From an archaeon (GTDB lineage: Archaea > Asgardarchaeota > Thorarchaeia > Thorarchaeales > Thorarchaeaceae): a DNA stretch of 32,000 nucleotides. The translations under genes and the position numbers were made by a program. Shown piece by piece: positions 1-9,324 of the stretch (position 1 is its first letter; each line of letters opens with the position of its first letter). The DNA is taken from contig JAJRZD010000024.1 of assembly GCA_024275415.1 (NCBI GenBank), forward strand, positions 60,001 through 92,000, in the 5' to 3' direction. A model generated the notes under the pieces. The model was not told the origin of the DNA. It saw only the letters and a list, made by a program, of their open reading frames with translations, and did not search any database.

Positions 1-1
1 A

Positions 2-340
2 TTCGAGCCAGAAGTTATCGCAGTTTCAGCAGGGTTCGACCCACACTATGCAGACCCAGTTGGCAACATGAATATTGATAGCAGAACCTTTTGGAAACTA
101 GGAATTGAGGTCAGACACCTGACAGAAAAACTGGATGTTAAGGGGTCATTCTCGGTGTTCGAAGGAGGGTACAATCCATTAGCAACCGGCCCATCAGCTG
201 TAGCATATCTAACTGGGCTATTAGGAAAGGAAAAACCAAAACTAGAGGATCAAATCGAGAGGGAATCTTTTGAATCACTAGACAACGCAAACTTGGAGAT
301 AATCGATATCGTGGCAGAGGAAATGGCAAAACATAGCTGA
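2..340 (+). CDS. Histone deacetylase/AcuC-family amidohydrolase, C-terminal part (5'-truncated by window edge)
   Basis: Frame from nt 2 reads FEPEVIAVSAGFDPHYADPVGNMNI...VFEGGYN; SAGFD-x-H-x2-DP and EGGY are the HDAC-family C-terminal motifs. The 68..340 ORF is only its tail. Confidence 0.9.
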   Translation, partial: FEPEVIAVSAGFDPHYADPVGNMNIDSRTFWKLGIEVRHLTEKLDVKGSFSVFEGGYNPLATGPSAVAYLTGLLGKEKPKLEDQIERESFESLDNANLEIIDIVAEEMAKHS

Positions 341-419
341 GCCCATTTGGCATCATGAACAAGATTTTAAGGGAACCTCCGAACTTCACGCCCGAATTAC
401 TGCTCGCGGAAGTGTGTAT

Positions 420-707
420 TTGGCTAAGAAACGTAAATCTGGAGGGCGCTCGAAAGGAGCGTCTGGTAAATCAAAGATGGTTCAATGTTCAAAGTGTGGA
501 CGGATTGTTCCCTCAGACAAGGCTAAGAGAAAGACAAGACGTGTTTCATCAGTTGATCCTCAACTTGCTAGAGAATTGAGGCAACAGGGAAGTTACGTGC
601 CCACAAAGATAGTGACTCACATATACTGCATTAGTTGTGCAGTACACACCGGAAAGGTACAGATCAGACAAGCATCAGACCGAAAGTCACACATACGTCG
701 CCGTTAA
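420..707 (+). CDS. rps26e: 30S ribosomal protein S26e
   Basis: AKKRKSGGRSKG...VQCSKCGRIVPSDKAK...YCISCAVH, S26e zinc-binding signature; TTG start at 420 preferred (ORF track starts at GTG 414). Confidence 0.96.
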   Translation: MAKKRKSGGRSKGASGKSKMVQCSKCGRIVPSDKAKRKTRRVSSVDPQLARELRQQGSYVPTKIVTHIYCISCAVHTGKVQIRQASDRKSHIRRR

Positions 708-799
708 AGAACCACACAATGAACGCCCATACGAAATCAAAAAGAACAGATTTGATCTTGGGATTTCATTCTTAGCTGGGACTCCAAATGCATACATTC

Positions 800-1372
800 A
801 TGACGATTCAGTTCCTAATGAGTTATCCTGACATCCCTACGGATGGAAAACTCATTCTCAAAGACCTACCAGGATCTGGCAAGCGAATAGATGTCCTTTG
901 TCGTTGTCTAGCATCTGGTTTCGACTGGGGGATTGCAGACCTTGAGAGGATTAGAATTGAATTTGCTGTATTCCTGAAAGACGATATCACTCTATTTTTC
1001 TCGAAACCGAAGGAAGAAGGTACAAGGGGAGAAGTGTGGTGGGCACGGCAAATCCAAAACGCACTGCAGGGAAACCCTCCGAATTTTATTCGTGTGACGG
1101 ACAAGAACTTGCGAGAACATATTACCGATCTGCTTCAAAGGAACTACAAGATATTTGCTCTTGATGAAGACGGAGAGGAACTAGACGAGGCCGTAGACGT
1201 GGGTTCAGCACAATACAGTTTTATGTTGGGGAATCATCGTGGCTTCGACAAAATAGCCCAGAAGGTAATTAGAGAGCATCAATTACCATCTGTTTCACTG
1301 GGGACTCGCAGTTACCTAGGAAGCCATTGCGTGGCTACAATCATATCCAAATTCGAGTTGAGCGAAAGATGA
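800..1372 (+). CDS. trmY: tRNA (pseudouridine(54)-N1)-methyltransferase, SPOUT family
   Basis: LKDLPGSGKRIDVLCRC at the N-terminus and FMLGNHRGF...SLGTRSYLGSHC SPOUT knot at the C-terminus; ATG 800 gives family-typical length (ATG 788 possible). Confidence 0.88.
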   Translation: MTIQFLMSYPDIPTDGKLILKDLPGSGKRIDVLCRCLASGFDWGIADLERIRIEFAVFLKDDITLFFSKPKEEGTRGEVWWARQIQNALQGNPPNFIRVTDKNLREHITDLLQRNYKIFALDEDGEELDEAVDVGSAQYSFMLGNHRGFDKIAQKVIREHQLPSVSLGTRSYLGSHCVATIISKFELSER

Positions 1373-1719
1373 ATGAAAGGGAACAAGAAGAACCACGCCC
1401 AAGGGCAATGAATCGTTTGGTCAATAAGCTGACAAAAGAGATGCTCTGGATTTACATTCTTAGACTTCTACAGGAGCGCCCCCATTATGGATATGAAATC
1501 AAAGAGCTTGTCACAAAGCGATTCGGTTTCTCACCGGCCACTGTCAGTGGATATGCGATTATCTACCGACTTATGAAAGACGGACTGATTGGTGAACAGC
1601 GAAAAAGTGATTCTCCCCGTAAATACTATGAAATTACCTCCAAGGGCAGGACAGCCATGAAAGAGGCAAAAGAGTTTCTCAAATCAACGCTGGAGAAGGT
1701 CTTCGATATAACTGAATAG
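1369..1719 (+). CDS. PadR-family transcriptional regulator
   Basis: ILRLLQERPHYGYEIK...IIYRLMKDGLI...RKYYEITSKGR; ATG 1369 overlaps the trmY stop (ATGA). Confidence 0.92.
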   Translation: MNEREQEEPRPRAMNRLVNKLTKEMLWIYILRLLQERPHYGYEIKELVTKRFGFSPATVSGYAIIYRLMKDGLIGEQRKSDSPRKYYEITSKGRTAMKEAKEFLKSTLEKVFDITE

Positions 1720-2637
1720 TCATTTGATCGTGATCTTGTCCAGGAGAGAAGCTTGTCGTGCAAGCAGGTCTTTGGCTTGGAAGTCAGTATCCGTACAATC
1801 GCGTTCAATGACTGCACTCGCTGCACTGGCAGCAAGGGACGCTCGCTCAAGCATGTTTTGTTCATGTAGCATGCCGACCACAAAAGCTCCCAAGAAAGCA
1901 TTAGAGGCCGCAAGAGGGTTTTTTGGTATTGTTCGCTCAATGGGCACAATATAGAATTCATCCTTATCATATATGGTGGCGCCGAGCGATGAAAACATTG
2001 CAATGCCAATTTCTGCGCCTTGCTCGACGAGGAACTCGGCGGCTAGTAATGGGTCTGGCTCATCAATAATCAATCTCCACAGTGATCGCTCCATCTTTAT
2101 GACATCAACATACTTCATCGATTCAAGTATTTTTGACTTGTTTGGTTTTATTACAATCCTGCCATGACTGTCAGTATCATATGCCATCCCCTGTGGGTCG
2201 AAGACAATTCTCGCTGGAGATACGTCTGAGAGCCAGCTTAATATCTCCAAGTCAATCTCACGGTAACCCGGAACAATCACGATATAACGAGAGTCAGTGA
2301 GTTCATCAGGAATATCACGTATCCGTAACCGTCTTGCTGCAGCCAAAAGTTCCATCGTCAATAAGCCACTATCATCACAGCCAACATGAAAACCACTTGT
2401 TTCAAGGGAGTCAATAGCATAGTACTCGGGAATCCCAGATGCGTCTGTGTCAATGCCGAGCTTGGTTTTGAAGTCGGGGCCAACAGCGCCCACCATGATA
2501 AGATTCTCAACACCAAGATTGGCAGACACCCGTGATACAATTGTTGCGGGGCCTGAGAGTATGCGGTCAGGTGATTTGAATCCCTGAGTAGAGAAAGTAG
2601 AATACAAGGGGTTTCCAATGACCACGACATCATACAT
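1720..2637 (-). CDS. PfkB/ribokinase-family protein with degenerate catalytic motif (possible pseudo-kinase)
   Basis: PfkB fold pattern (VVVIGN, VGAVGPDF, IVFDPQG, VDVIKM), but the DTTGAGDxF signature reads NPLAASNAF. Confidence 0.82.
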   Translation of the reverse strand: MYDVVVIGNPLYSTFSTQGFKSPDRILSGPATIVSRVSANLGVENLIMVGAVGPDFKTKLGIDTDASGIPEYYAIDSLETSGFHVGCDDSGLLTMELLAAARRLRIRDIPDELTDSRYIVIVPGYREIDLEILSWLSDVSPARIVFDPQGMAYDTDSHGRIVIKPNKSKILESMKYVDVIKMERSLWRLIIDEPDPLLAAEFLVEQGAEIGIAMFSSLGATIYDKDEFYIVPIERTIPKNPLAASNAFLGAFVVGMLHEQNMLERASLAASAASAVIERDCTDTDFQAKDLLARQASLLDKITIK

Positions 2638-3361
2638 TGATTTCCGCTTCCATTTCAGGACGAAGTATCATCTTGTGTGCGTATGCTAGCCTCTGAACGA
2701 CTGTGATGTGCGAGAGTATTCCGACAACCACAATACAGACGGTCAGTATATTAGTAATCTGAATTGTAACAAAGAATCCGAGGACGACCGGTGATATCAG
2801 AGATAGGAACTGGATCCAGATGTTTGTTTCGGGAAGTGCTAGCAAGAGAATACCAACGATTGTAAGGATTAGCTTTTCTTGTCTTTCTGCGACCCCCACT
2901 GAACAGTTATCCATTCCTCCTACGGATTCGGCTTTCGCACGGCTGAAACTGGCCATAATCATGCCGAACAATGCAAAAAAGCCCCATATCCAAGGGACAA
3001 AAGTATCTTCGGGGGTATAGGGCCACCATGCAATAGAAACGGCTCCAATCGGCCCCCACATAAGTCCAAGCATGAAGAAGAATTCTGCATATCTGTCAAG
3101 AGTGTGGTCGAATGTAGCGCCGAAGGGAGAGGATAGATTTGCAGCTCGGGCTACCGCACCATCAAACATGTCCATCACTACAGTGAGAATCATGACTGCA
3201 AGCCCAATCAATAAATCTCCGACGATGAAGAAGTAGGAGCTTATCATTGCTACAACCAAGGTCAGCCCTGTGATCATGTTAGGAGTGATCCCAGTTCGTG
3301 CGATTGCTCCACCTACGGGCCTCATAACCTTTTGATATCGTTCTCGTAGTTTTCCAAGCAT
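2630..3361 (-). CDS. CDP-alcohol phosphatidyltransferase (archaetidylinositol-phosphate synthase-like)
   Basis: TPNMIT and DMFDGAVARAANLSSPFGATFDHTLDRYAE (D-x2-DG-x2-AR...G-x3-D-x3-D), plus VGVAERQEK; ATG 3361 preferred over GTG 3370. Confidence 0.93.
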   Translation of the reverse strand: MLGKLRERYQKVMRPVGGAIARTGITPNMITGLTLVVAMISSYFFIVGDLLIGLAVMILTVVMDMFDGAVARAANLSSPFGATFDHTLDRYAEFFFMLGLMWGPIGAVSIAWWPYTPEDTFVPWIWGFFALFGMIMASFSRAKAESVGGMDNCSVGVAERQEKLILTIVGILLLALPETNIWIQFLSLISPVVLGFFVTIQITNILTVCIVVVGILSHITVVQRLAYAHKMILRPEMEAEINV

Positions 3362-3444
3362 GACTCTCACATATCCGGGCTTGAGCGCGAGCCCTCTATC
3401 TGGCTAATAAAGGTGTTGCGGGCGGCGCTTGTCTGTTCGGTACA

Positions 3445-5112
3445 TCACAGGACGCTTTCCAGCCGATTGGCAACCCACTCTCGGCCAAGCAGATTGATGA
3501 AGGAACCCAATCGCGGACCGTATTTCTGGGATATGAGAATGCGATAGAGGACTACGAAGGCGCGTTTCTCTTTGATTCCCACCTCTCTCGCCACAGCGAA
3601 CGCAGATGATTGTATCTCTTCATCATCGAGATCACCGGACATTAGAACCTTTGCGAATTTACTGATGAATGCCAGATCGTCCTCCGTGAAAGTGTTCTGT
3701 ATCTCAGGGGGGACTGTTTCGGGGATTCGTATCTTATCCCGATTCGTGCCGAACATTTCGACCCATCCGCGGGCACGTTCCAGTCGTTTCTCCATGAGAT
3801 GCTGTGCCAAGTCAGATAGTTCATCCAGATTGTGCAGTTTCATGAGAACAGACCTTGACCGCTCAATCACTGTTTCTTTGCCTATGACCGGTTCGAGCTG
3901 CGAGGTCAGGACAGCAAATTTGAATGGCAACTTTGGGACGTAGCCCTCATCAGGGGCTCTAGTCCTGCATAGAGGATACAGTACTTGTGCCAGCTCCTTT
4001 CGGGCATCATCTGATTCTTCGATTCCGAAATATATACGCTCAAACCTATCAAACTCGTCAACCATGTCAGGTATCTTATCAGGCTGGATATTGATTGCCC
4101 TAGACAAGTCAGTCCTTAACATAAGATACCTATAGAGTTCGGGAGGCGCAATCTGAAGCCATGTCCTCGGGATGAAGACGATACCTTCCGATGTGCTCAT
4201 GTCCCGACCACCTATACGAACCCATTCGTATGGCACCTTGAGGGGTCCTGACCATCCAAAGACTCGTCTAGAAACCTCTAATCCGGTATCGTAAGACCCT
4301 CCTTTTACAGAATGATCCTTTCCTGCTGGCTCACAGCTCACCTTGAAGATGTACCACTTAGCTGGCCAATCAATTCGCCAAGCCAGCTTTAAACGAGCAT
4401 CATTAACGGGGAGTGTAGCACTATGACCACAAGCCTGACACTCGAATGATACCTCATCGGTCGAGGGGTCATAATTTGTCACCCTGTTTGGAACTATCGA
4501 GCCCTTTACCCCTGATTGTAATCGGCCACATTCTGGACAGACCACTGAAACGGGTGACCATGACTTCATCATCTCGATGTACTCTTGCCTTTGTTCATCA
4601 TTGAAGTCCTTGGCGACGAACTCTATCATTATTTCCTTGATGATTTCCGTCTTTTGAAGGCAGATTCGAACTGCATCCCGCATCTTGTCTGTTTCGTAAA
4701 GCTTGCTGTTGTATACAATCTCTGGGTCTACTCCAAAGTCCTCGAACGTTGTAGCAAGTTCGTTCGCCCAGTGTGCACCATAGCTCTCGCAACATCCGAA
4801 CGGATCGGGAACATCAGAATAGGGGATTCCTGCCCATTCCTCAATATCCAGTGAAATTGATTTCGGAAAAGATCTGACTGGGTCGTAATCGTCGATTATC
4901 AGCATGGAGTGCGCCTTTTTTCCGCGCTTCAGAAGCTCCCGTTTGATAACATCGCAGATGATTAGTTCTCGCATTATGCCTATGTGAATACTTGCACTTG
5001 GACTCTTCCCAGCGTTAAGCAAATAGTTCTCTTCGTTCCTATTCAGCACTTCTTGAACGATATCCTCAATCCAGTGGATTGAAAATTCGTCAGTTGGAGC
5101 TTCTTCTGTCAT
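3445..5112 (-). CDS. lysS: Lysine--tRNA ligase, class I
   Basis: HWIEDI, PSASIHIG, DDYDP, CPECG and CQACG zinc sites, KLAWRIDWPAKW, EPAGKDH, GPRLGSF. Confidence 0.96.
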   Translation of the reverse strand: MTEEAPTDEFSIHWIEDIVQEVLNRNEENYLLNAGKSPSASIHIGIMRELIICDVIKRELLKRGKKAHSMLIIDDYDPVRSFPKSISLDIEEWAGIPYSDVPDPFGCCESYGAHWANELATTFEDFGVDPEIVYNSKLYETDKMRDAVRICLQKTEIIKEIMIEFVAKDFNDEQRQEYIEMMKSWSPVSVVCPECGRLQSGVKGSIVPNRVTNYDPSTDEVSFECQACGHSATLPVNDARLKLAWRIDWPAKWYIFKVSCEPAGKDHSVKGGSYDTGLEVSRRVFGWSGPLKVPYEWVRIGGRDMSTSEGIVFIPRTWLQIAPPELYRYLMLRTDLSRAINIQPDKIPDMVDEFDRFERIYFGIEESDDARKELAQVLYPLCRTRAPDEGYVPKLPFKFAVLTSQLEPVIGKETVIERSRSVLMKLHNLDELSDLAQHLMEKRLERARGWVEMFGTNRDKIRIPETVPPEIQNTFTEDDLAFISKFAKVLMSGDLDDEEIQSSAFAVAREVGIKEKRAFVVLYRILISQKYGPRLGSFINLLGREWVANRLESVL

Positions 5113-5163
5113 CTGTCATTCCTCAGTGCGGCCACCTAAAGATAGTCTAATGAATATTTCCAA

Positions 5164-7032
5164 CTAAACGGAGAACTCAGATACTCTCAGGTCAGTCCTA
5201 CTCTGGAACAACAGGTATACAGGTATCGCTGCCAATGTGACAACAATCAAGATGACAGTTATGAGCGCAATGAACGTCAACGGTAAATATGCAGCCGAAG
5301 GAAGGGTGGCTTCAGGCACTAAGAGGTAGATACTGAAAATCATTGCTGTAAGGATTGCAGGAGCACCTGCTTTCAGACCCATATCAATCCCTTCGGCAAT
5401 CATGGTTTTTGCGATGAAAGAGGGGTTTGCTCCTATCGAACGCATAATGATGAAATCACGAAACCGACTGAAAATAGATATCAGAAGATAATACATGAGA
5501 CTGAGAAAAGCGCTGAGCAGTGCCATGATCGTGATAGGTTGCATTACCCCCCAATAGGCAGCTACTATCTGCAAGTTGTTCTCGACTGTTTCTTGGTGAC
5601 GGTAGATGGAGAAACCATATTCATTAGCAACTGTTTCAAGATTGGAGATAATCGAGTCAGAATACCTTGAGAGTTGCACCAGTAGGAGATTGCCTCCTGA
5701 TACGCCCCAGACAGACGCCATTCGGTTCAGAGAAATCATCGCCACCATTCCGCCATTGGCGATATCGAAGGCGATGCCACTCACATCAAATGAAACACCT
5801 TTGATACCCAGTGACTGAACCAGAGGGTCTTCAAATTTCGTCGTGGCCAGTTGACCACCAATCCAAGCGTCCTGTTCATCCTCGATGTAATCGCCTTCAT
5901 AATACCAATCAGAGAAAGTGTTTTCCCAATCGATTCCAACGACCATGACAGAGCCGGTTCGTCCACCCCCGATGAGTTCGTACTGCTCAAGAGTTGGATT
6001 CCAAATGACTGCAGACCCCTCTGAGAAAGTGGTATAATCTACGAGCCGTGTTTCCACTTGTGCGACTCCGGACAGATTTTGAACCTTGTCAACCAGTTCA
6101 TTAGAAATGATGGCACCCGAGTCTAGGAAACTGAACGATTCATTCAGAAGATGTCCATCCAACGAGTAGGCGCTGTAATACTGTTCTAGAAGATCGGGAT
6201 TTCCGATGGCCACGATATTTTCGCCCATGGAACGCATGATGTACTCGTCCATCGTTGCCTCGACAACACCACCACCTACCCAAAGTGATGACGCCAATGT
6301 GAAGCTTAGATAAAGTATGAGGAGCATCCGCTTGGTGCCCTTGGCCCTACGACCAGCTCCTTTTGTCGCAATTCTAAATGAAAGGCCAAATGTGTCAAGG
6401 TAACCGGCCCTTCGGACTTTGATGCCGAGTTCGGGATTGAGCGAGGAGATTGGAGACTCGTTTACTGCATCAAAGATGGGCTTTTGGGCAGCAAAATAAC
6501 CTGCGAGCAAGAGTGTGCCCGCGATGAAGGCCACTTGTATCCAAGGAAATACAAACGTGAATTCAGCACTGCCTATTGTGGATGCAAGCCACAACAGTCC
6601 AACAAAATATAGTAATGTGCCCACGGCAATACCCAGGATGACCCCACTAAGCAATAGAATAACTGCTTGCGCCATAAAATGGTCAAATATCGTATCTATT
6701 AGGGTGCCTATTGATTTCATTAGACCAATGTCTTTCCTGCGGCTCTCCAACTCAAGTGAGATGCTTCCGGCAATGACTGCCACACCCAGAAGGATGACAA
6801 CTAAGACCACTCCAGTGATGAAGGTGTCATAGAAGACAGACAAGGTCCTTGCGATGCCGTTTGATGTCAACGTGTTAGCCACATCCAGCATCGCGCTCGA
6901 GAAGAGGAATAGGAAGGTCGTACTCGCTACAACAGTGATCAAGGAGAGTAGAACCAGTGTGGTTCTATAAGGACGCCGTTTCAAATCTTGTGCGGCATAG
7001 TCTTGCTCAGCCAATCTCGAACAACTCCCCAT
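5164..7032 (-). CDS. FtsX/MacB/LolE-type ABC transporter permease (two fused FtsX units)
   Basis: Two FtsX motifs, ESRRKDIGLMKSIG and SRFRDFIIMRSIGA, multiple TM helices; start may be TTG 7014. Confidence 0.88.
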   Translation of the reverse strand: MGSCSRLAEQDYAAQDLKRRPYRTTLVLLSLITVVASTTFLFLFSSAMLDVANTLTSNGIARTLSVFYDTFITGVVLVVILLGVAVIAGSISLELESRRKDIGLMKSIGTLIDTIFDHFMAQAVILLLSGVILGIAVGTLLYFVGLLWLASTIGSAEFTFVFPWIQVAFIAGTLLLAGYFAAQKPIFDAVNESPISSLNPELGIKVRRAGYLDTFGLSFRIATKGAGRRAKGTKRMLLILYLSFTLASSLWVGGGVVEATMDEYIMRSMGENIVAIGNPDLLEQYYSAYSLDGHLLNESFSFLDSGAIISNELVDKVQNLSGVAQVETRLVDYTTFSEGSAVIWNPTLEQYELIGGGRTGSVMVVGIDWENTFSDWYYEGDYIEDEQDAWIGGQLATTKFEDPLVQSLGIKGVSFDVSGIAFDIANGGMVAMISLNRMASVWGVSGGNLLLVQLSRYSDSIISNLETVANEYGFSIYRHQETVENNLQIVAAYWGVMQPITIMALLSAFLSLMYYLLISIFSRFRDFIIMRSIGANPSFIAKTMIAEGIDMGLKAGAPAILTAMIFSIYLLVPEATLPSAAYLPLTFIALITVILIVVTLAAIPVYLLFQSRTDLRVSEFSV

Positions 7033-7771
7033 TCTTCATGACCAAAGAGCGAATGCCATTCAGGTTCATAATCTCTGAATCATGTGTCATGACGATGATT
7101 GTTTTCCCTGATGTATGCAACTCAGTCAGAATATTGCGAATCATCTGTCCCGATTCGACATCCAGATTTGCAGTGGGTTCATCAGCCAGAATGATTGGAG
7201 GGTCGTTGGACAATGCTCGTGCAATTGCCACACGCTGCTGTTCGCCGGAACTGAGCTGCCAAGGAAGATGATCCACTCGCTCTTCCATATCGACCTTTCT
7301 AAGAAGCCGGATTGCTTCTTTTTCCAACTCTGGGATCCCCTTATCGGTAAGTTGCATCGGGAACATCACATTCTCAAGAGTGGTCAGGGTCGAAATCAGA
7401 TTATAGCTCTGAAAGATGAATCCAGTGTTGTTCAACCTGAAGGATGCTCGGAAAGATTCATCGTAGTCACCAATCGGCACATCCATCACAACGACACGTC
7501 CATTCGTGGGGTAATCTATGCCTCCAATCAGATTGAGGAGCGTTGTCTTTCCAGACCCTGAGTGTCCTCGGATAACAACGAATTCACCAGGTCGGATTTC
7601 AAGATTGATGCCTTGAAGTGCCAATATCTTCCTTGTGCCCAGATCATACTCTCGGGTAACATCTTGGAGTCTGACTGCGAATTGTACATCATCTCGCAAT
7701 TCAGCGTCGGCAGTATCGTCATCAAAATCATATACGCCTTCGTCAGGGCCAAGTAATGAATCGTCATCCAA
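7007..7771 (-). CDS. ABC transporter ATP-binding protein (LolD/MacB-like)
   Basis: Walker A GHSGSGKTT, GFIFQSYNL, signature LSSGEQQRVAIARAL, Walker B ILADEPTANLD, H-loop MTHD. Confidence 0.95.
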   Translation of the reverse strand: MDDDSLLGPDEGVYDFDDDTADAELRDDVQFAVRLQDVTREYDLGTRKILALQGINLEIRPGEFVVIRGHSGSGKTTLLNLIGGIDYPTNGRVVVMDVPIGDYDESFRASFRLNNTGFIFQSYNLISTLTTLENVMFPMQLTDKGIPELEKEAIRLLRKVDMEERVDHLPWQLSSGEQQRVAIARALSNDPPIILADEPTANLDVESGQMIRNILTELHTSGKTIIVMTHDSEIMNLNGIRSLVMKNGELFEIG

Positions 7772-7879
7772 ATCTATTCACTCTTCTGATACAATGTCTT
7801 GCTGCGTGCCAACAATACGGGTCACTTTCAGGTCATTGCTCATTACGAATGTAATCAGGATGAAGATAGAAGTTTCTAT

Positions 7880-8620
7880 CTATACCAGCGATAATCCTGC
7901 AATGGTGTTGTGTGCCCATTCGGTAAGGACAAGAGGACGTTCTCGACCAAACACACGTACTGTTGTTAGAATCCCAGCATCGATCAGGTTCCCTGTGTAA
8001 TATGAAATCAGGCTTTTGTCGACAGATATCGTTCGGCTTAGTTCAGCTTGGGTAACTCTACCTTTAGTGAACACCTCAGCAAGAATAGCCTTGATGGTTG
8101 GATTCCTAGAGAGAGCACTCAGTTTCAAATCCCGATCATCTGACGAATACCCTGATACAAAGAAGTGTTTCGAGTTGCCCACCTTGACGGACACAATCTC
8201 ACTACCTTCAAGATTCTTGAGGTGATATTGGAGAGCACCCATCGCACAACCAACAGACCTCTGGAGTTCGCGTAGATGAATGCCAGGGTTCAGAAGAATC
8301 TCGTTGATAATTATATCCTTGAGTTTGAGTGGCTTATCCCCAGATCTTCGGTCGATGACCACGTTTGCAAGGAACAGCGTTAGAATACTAGTAGTTGTGA
8401 ACGGATCTAGTATTGTTTCAGGAAGGATAATGGAGGTGCCGCTGCTCAGGGGTGCACTTAGGATATGCAAATCCATTATCGCCACAGTGCTATGGCTTTG
8501 AGGTGACTCGTCTGGAATCGCAAAATCAACGAACTGATTCATGGAGTTAAAGTAGAAGCTAAGAAGGCCATAAGTGAACAATGCAATGACGATGACCACA
8601 TACAGTTTCTTTGCTCTCAT
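7880..8620 (-). CDS. Membrane-anchored transcriptional regulator with two winged-helix domains
   Basis: Hydrophobic N-terminus, then NPGIHLRELQR...GALQYHLKNLE and a second HTH (VTQAELSRTISVDKSLISYYTGNLIDAGIL). Confidence 0.82.
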   Translation of the reverse strand: MRAKKLYVVIVIALFTYGLLSFYFNSMNQFVDFAIPDESPQSHSTVAIMDLHILSAPLSSGTSIILPETILDPFTTTSILTLFLANVVIDRRSGDKPLKLKDIIINEILLNPGIHLRELQRSVGCAMGALQYHLKNLEGSEIVSVKVGNSKHFFVSGYSSDDRDLKLSALSRNPTIKAILAEVFTKGRVTQAELSRTISVDKSLISYYTGNLIDAGILTTVRVFGRERPLVLTEWAHNTIAGLSLV

Positions 8621-8701
8621 GGATTCTTCACTCCAAATCTAGTTTAGATGCCCTGCCTTTATAGACACTTTGAATGTAGCAAAGGCGTACTAGGTGAAAG
8701 C

Positions 8702-9250
8702 CTAGCCCTTAGGCGGGTAGCTGAGCTTGATGTGGAACGAACAGAGGTCTGCTCCTGCTGAAGCACACGAGTCTTCTGTGACAGTGAGTGTCTGGAACTC
8801 GATTCGATTGTAGTCTGTGAGATACTCCAATACAGACTCGATAAATCCCTTCAGGAAATAACAAGAGGGTTCATCGCTCTCATAGCCCTCAGCATAGGGA
8901 TTGTCCTTGATCTCGATTATCGCTTCCTCGTCCAGCCATAGCTTGTATAACTTAGCAATTTTGATATCACCAAAGGGAACAATCAATGTTTCGAGTGCCG
9001 TCTGGATGAACTCAATGATGCCCTTGAAGTCACCCGGAGGCTTTTGCTTTCCGATCTTGAAATACTCTCTTTGTGCCTCAAGTCCAGCCAGCCTGCCTGC
9101 ACTATAATACAAATCACGAACCCTATCCGGAAACATAACTGCAATTCTGCTTCCAATCTTATTCCAAGTCTTAGAAAAGAATGCCCGCATTAGCTCGCGC
9201 TCTTTTAACTTACCTTGCCACCATGGAATGACTTCACCTGACTTTGACAC
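8702..9250 (-). CDS. V4R (4-vinyl reductase) domain protein
   Basis: LYYSAGRLAG, DNPYAEG...PSCYFLKGFIESVLE...VTEDSCASAGADLCSFHI; GGTGA RBS before the GTG start. Confidence 0.88.
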   Translation of the reverse strand: MSKSGEVIPWWQGKLKERELMRAFFSKTWNKIGSRIAVMFPDRVRDLYYSAGRLAGLEAQREYFKIGKQKPPGDFKGIIEFIQTALETLIVPFGDIKIAKLYKLWLDEEAIIEIKDNPYAEGYESDEPSCYFLKGFIESVLEYLTDYNRIEFQTLTVTEDSCASAGADLCSFHIKLSYPPKG

Positions 9251-9324
9251 GAAATCACCTTCTCATCAGTGCTACTATCAGCAGTACGGAATAAGTGCTT
9301 TGTGGGCGCGAATAGATTTCGGCA

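Noticed and set aside
3371-3444. Hairpin GGGCT-CGCGCTCA-AGCCC upstream of the phosphatidyltransferase as a riboswitch or ncRNA
   Set aside because: Only a 5-bp stem with no known RNA motif.
7115-7561. Long antisense ORFs (also 3572-3943, 11094-11591, 16173-16571, 18473-19006, 19933-20544, 21064-21606, 26629-27078, 29032-29604)
   Set aside because: They shadow well-supported genes on the opposite strand and show no motifs.
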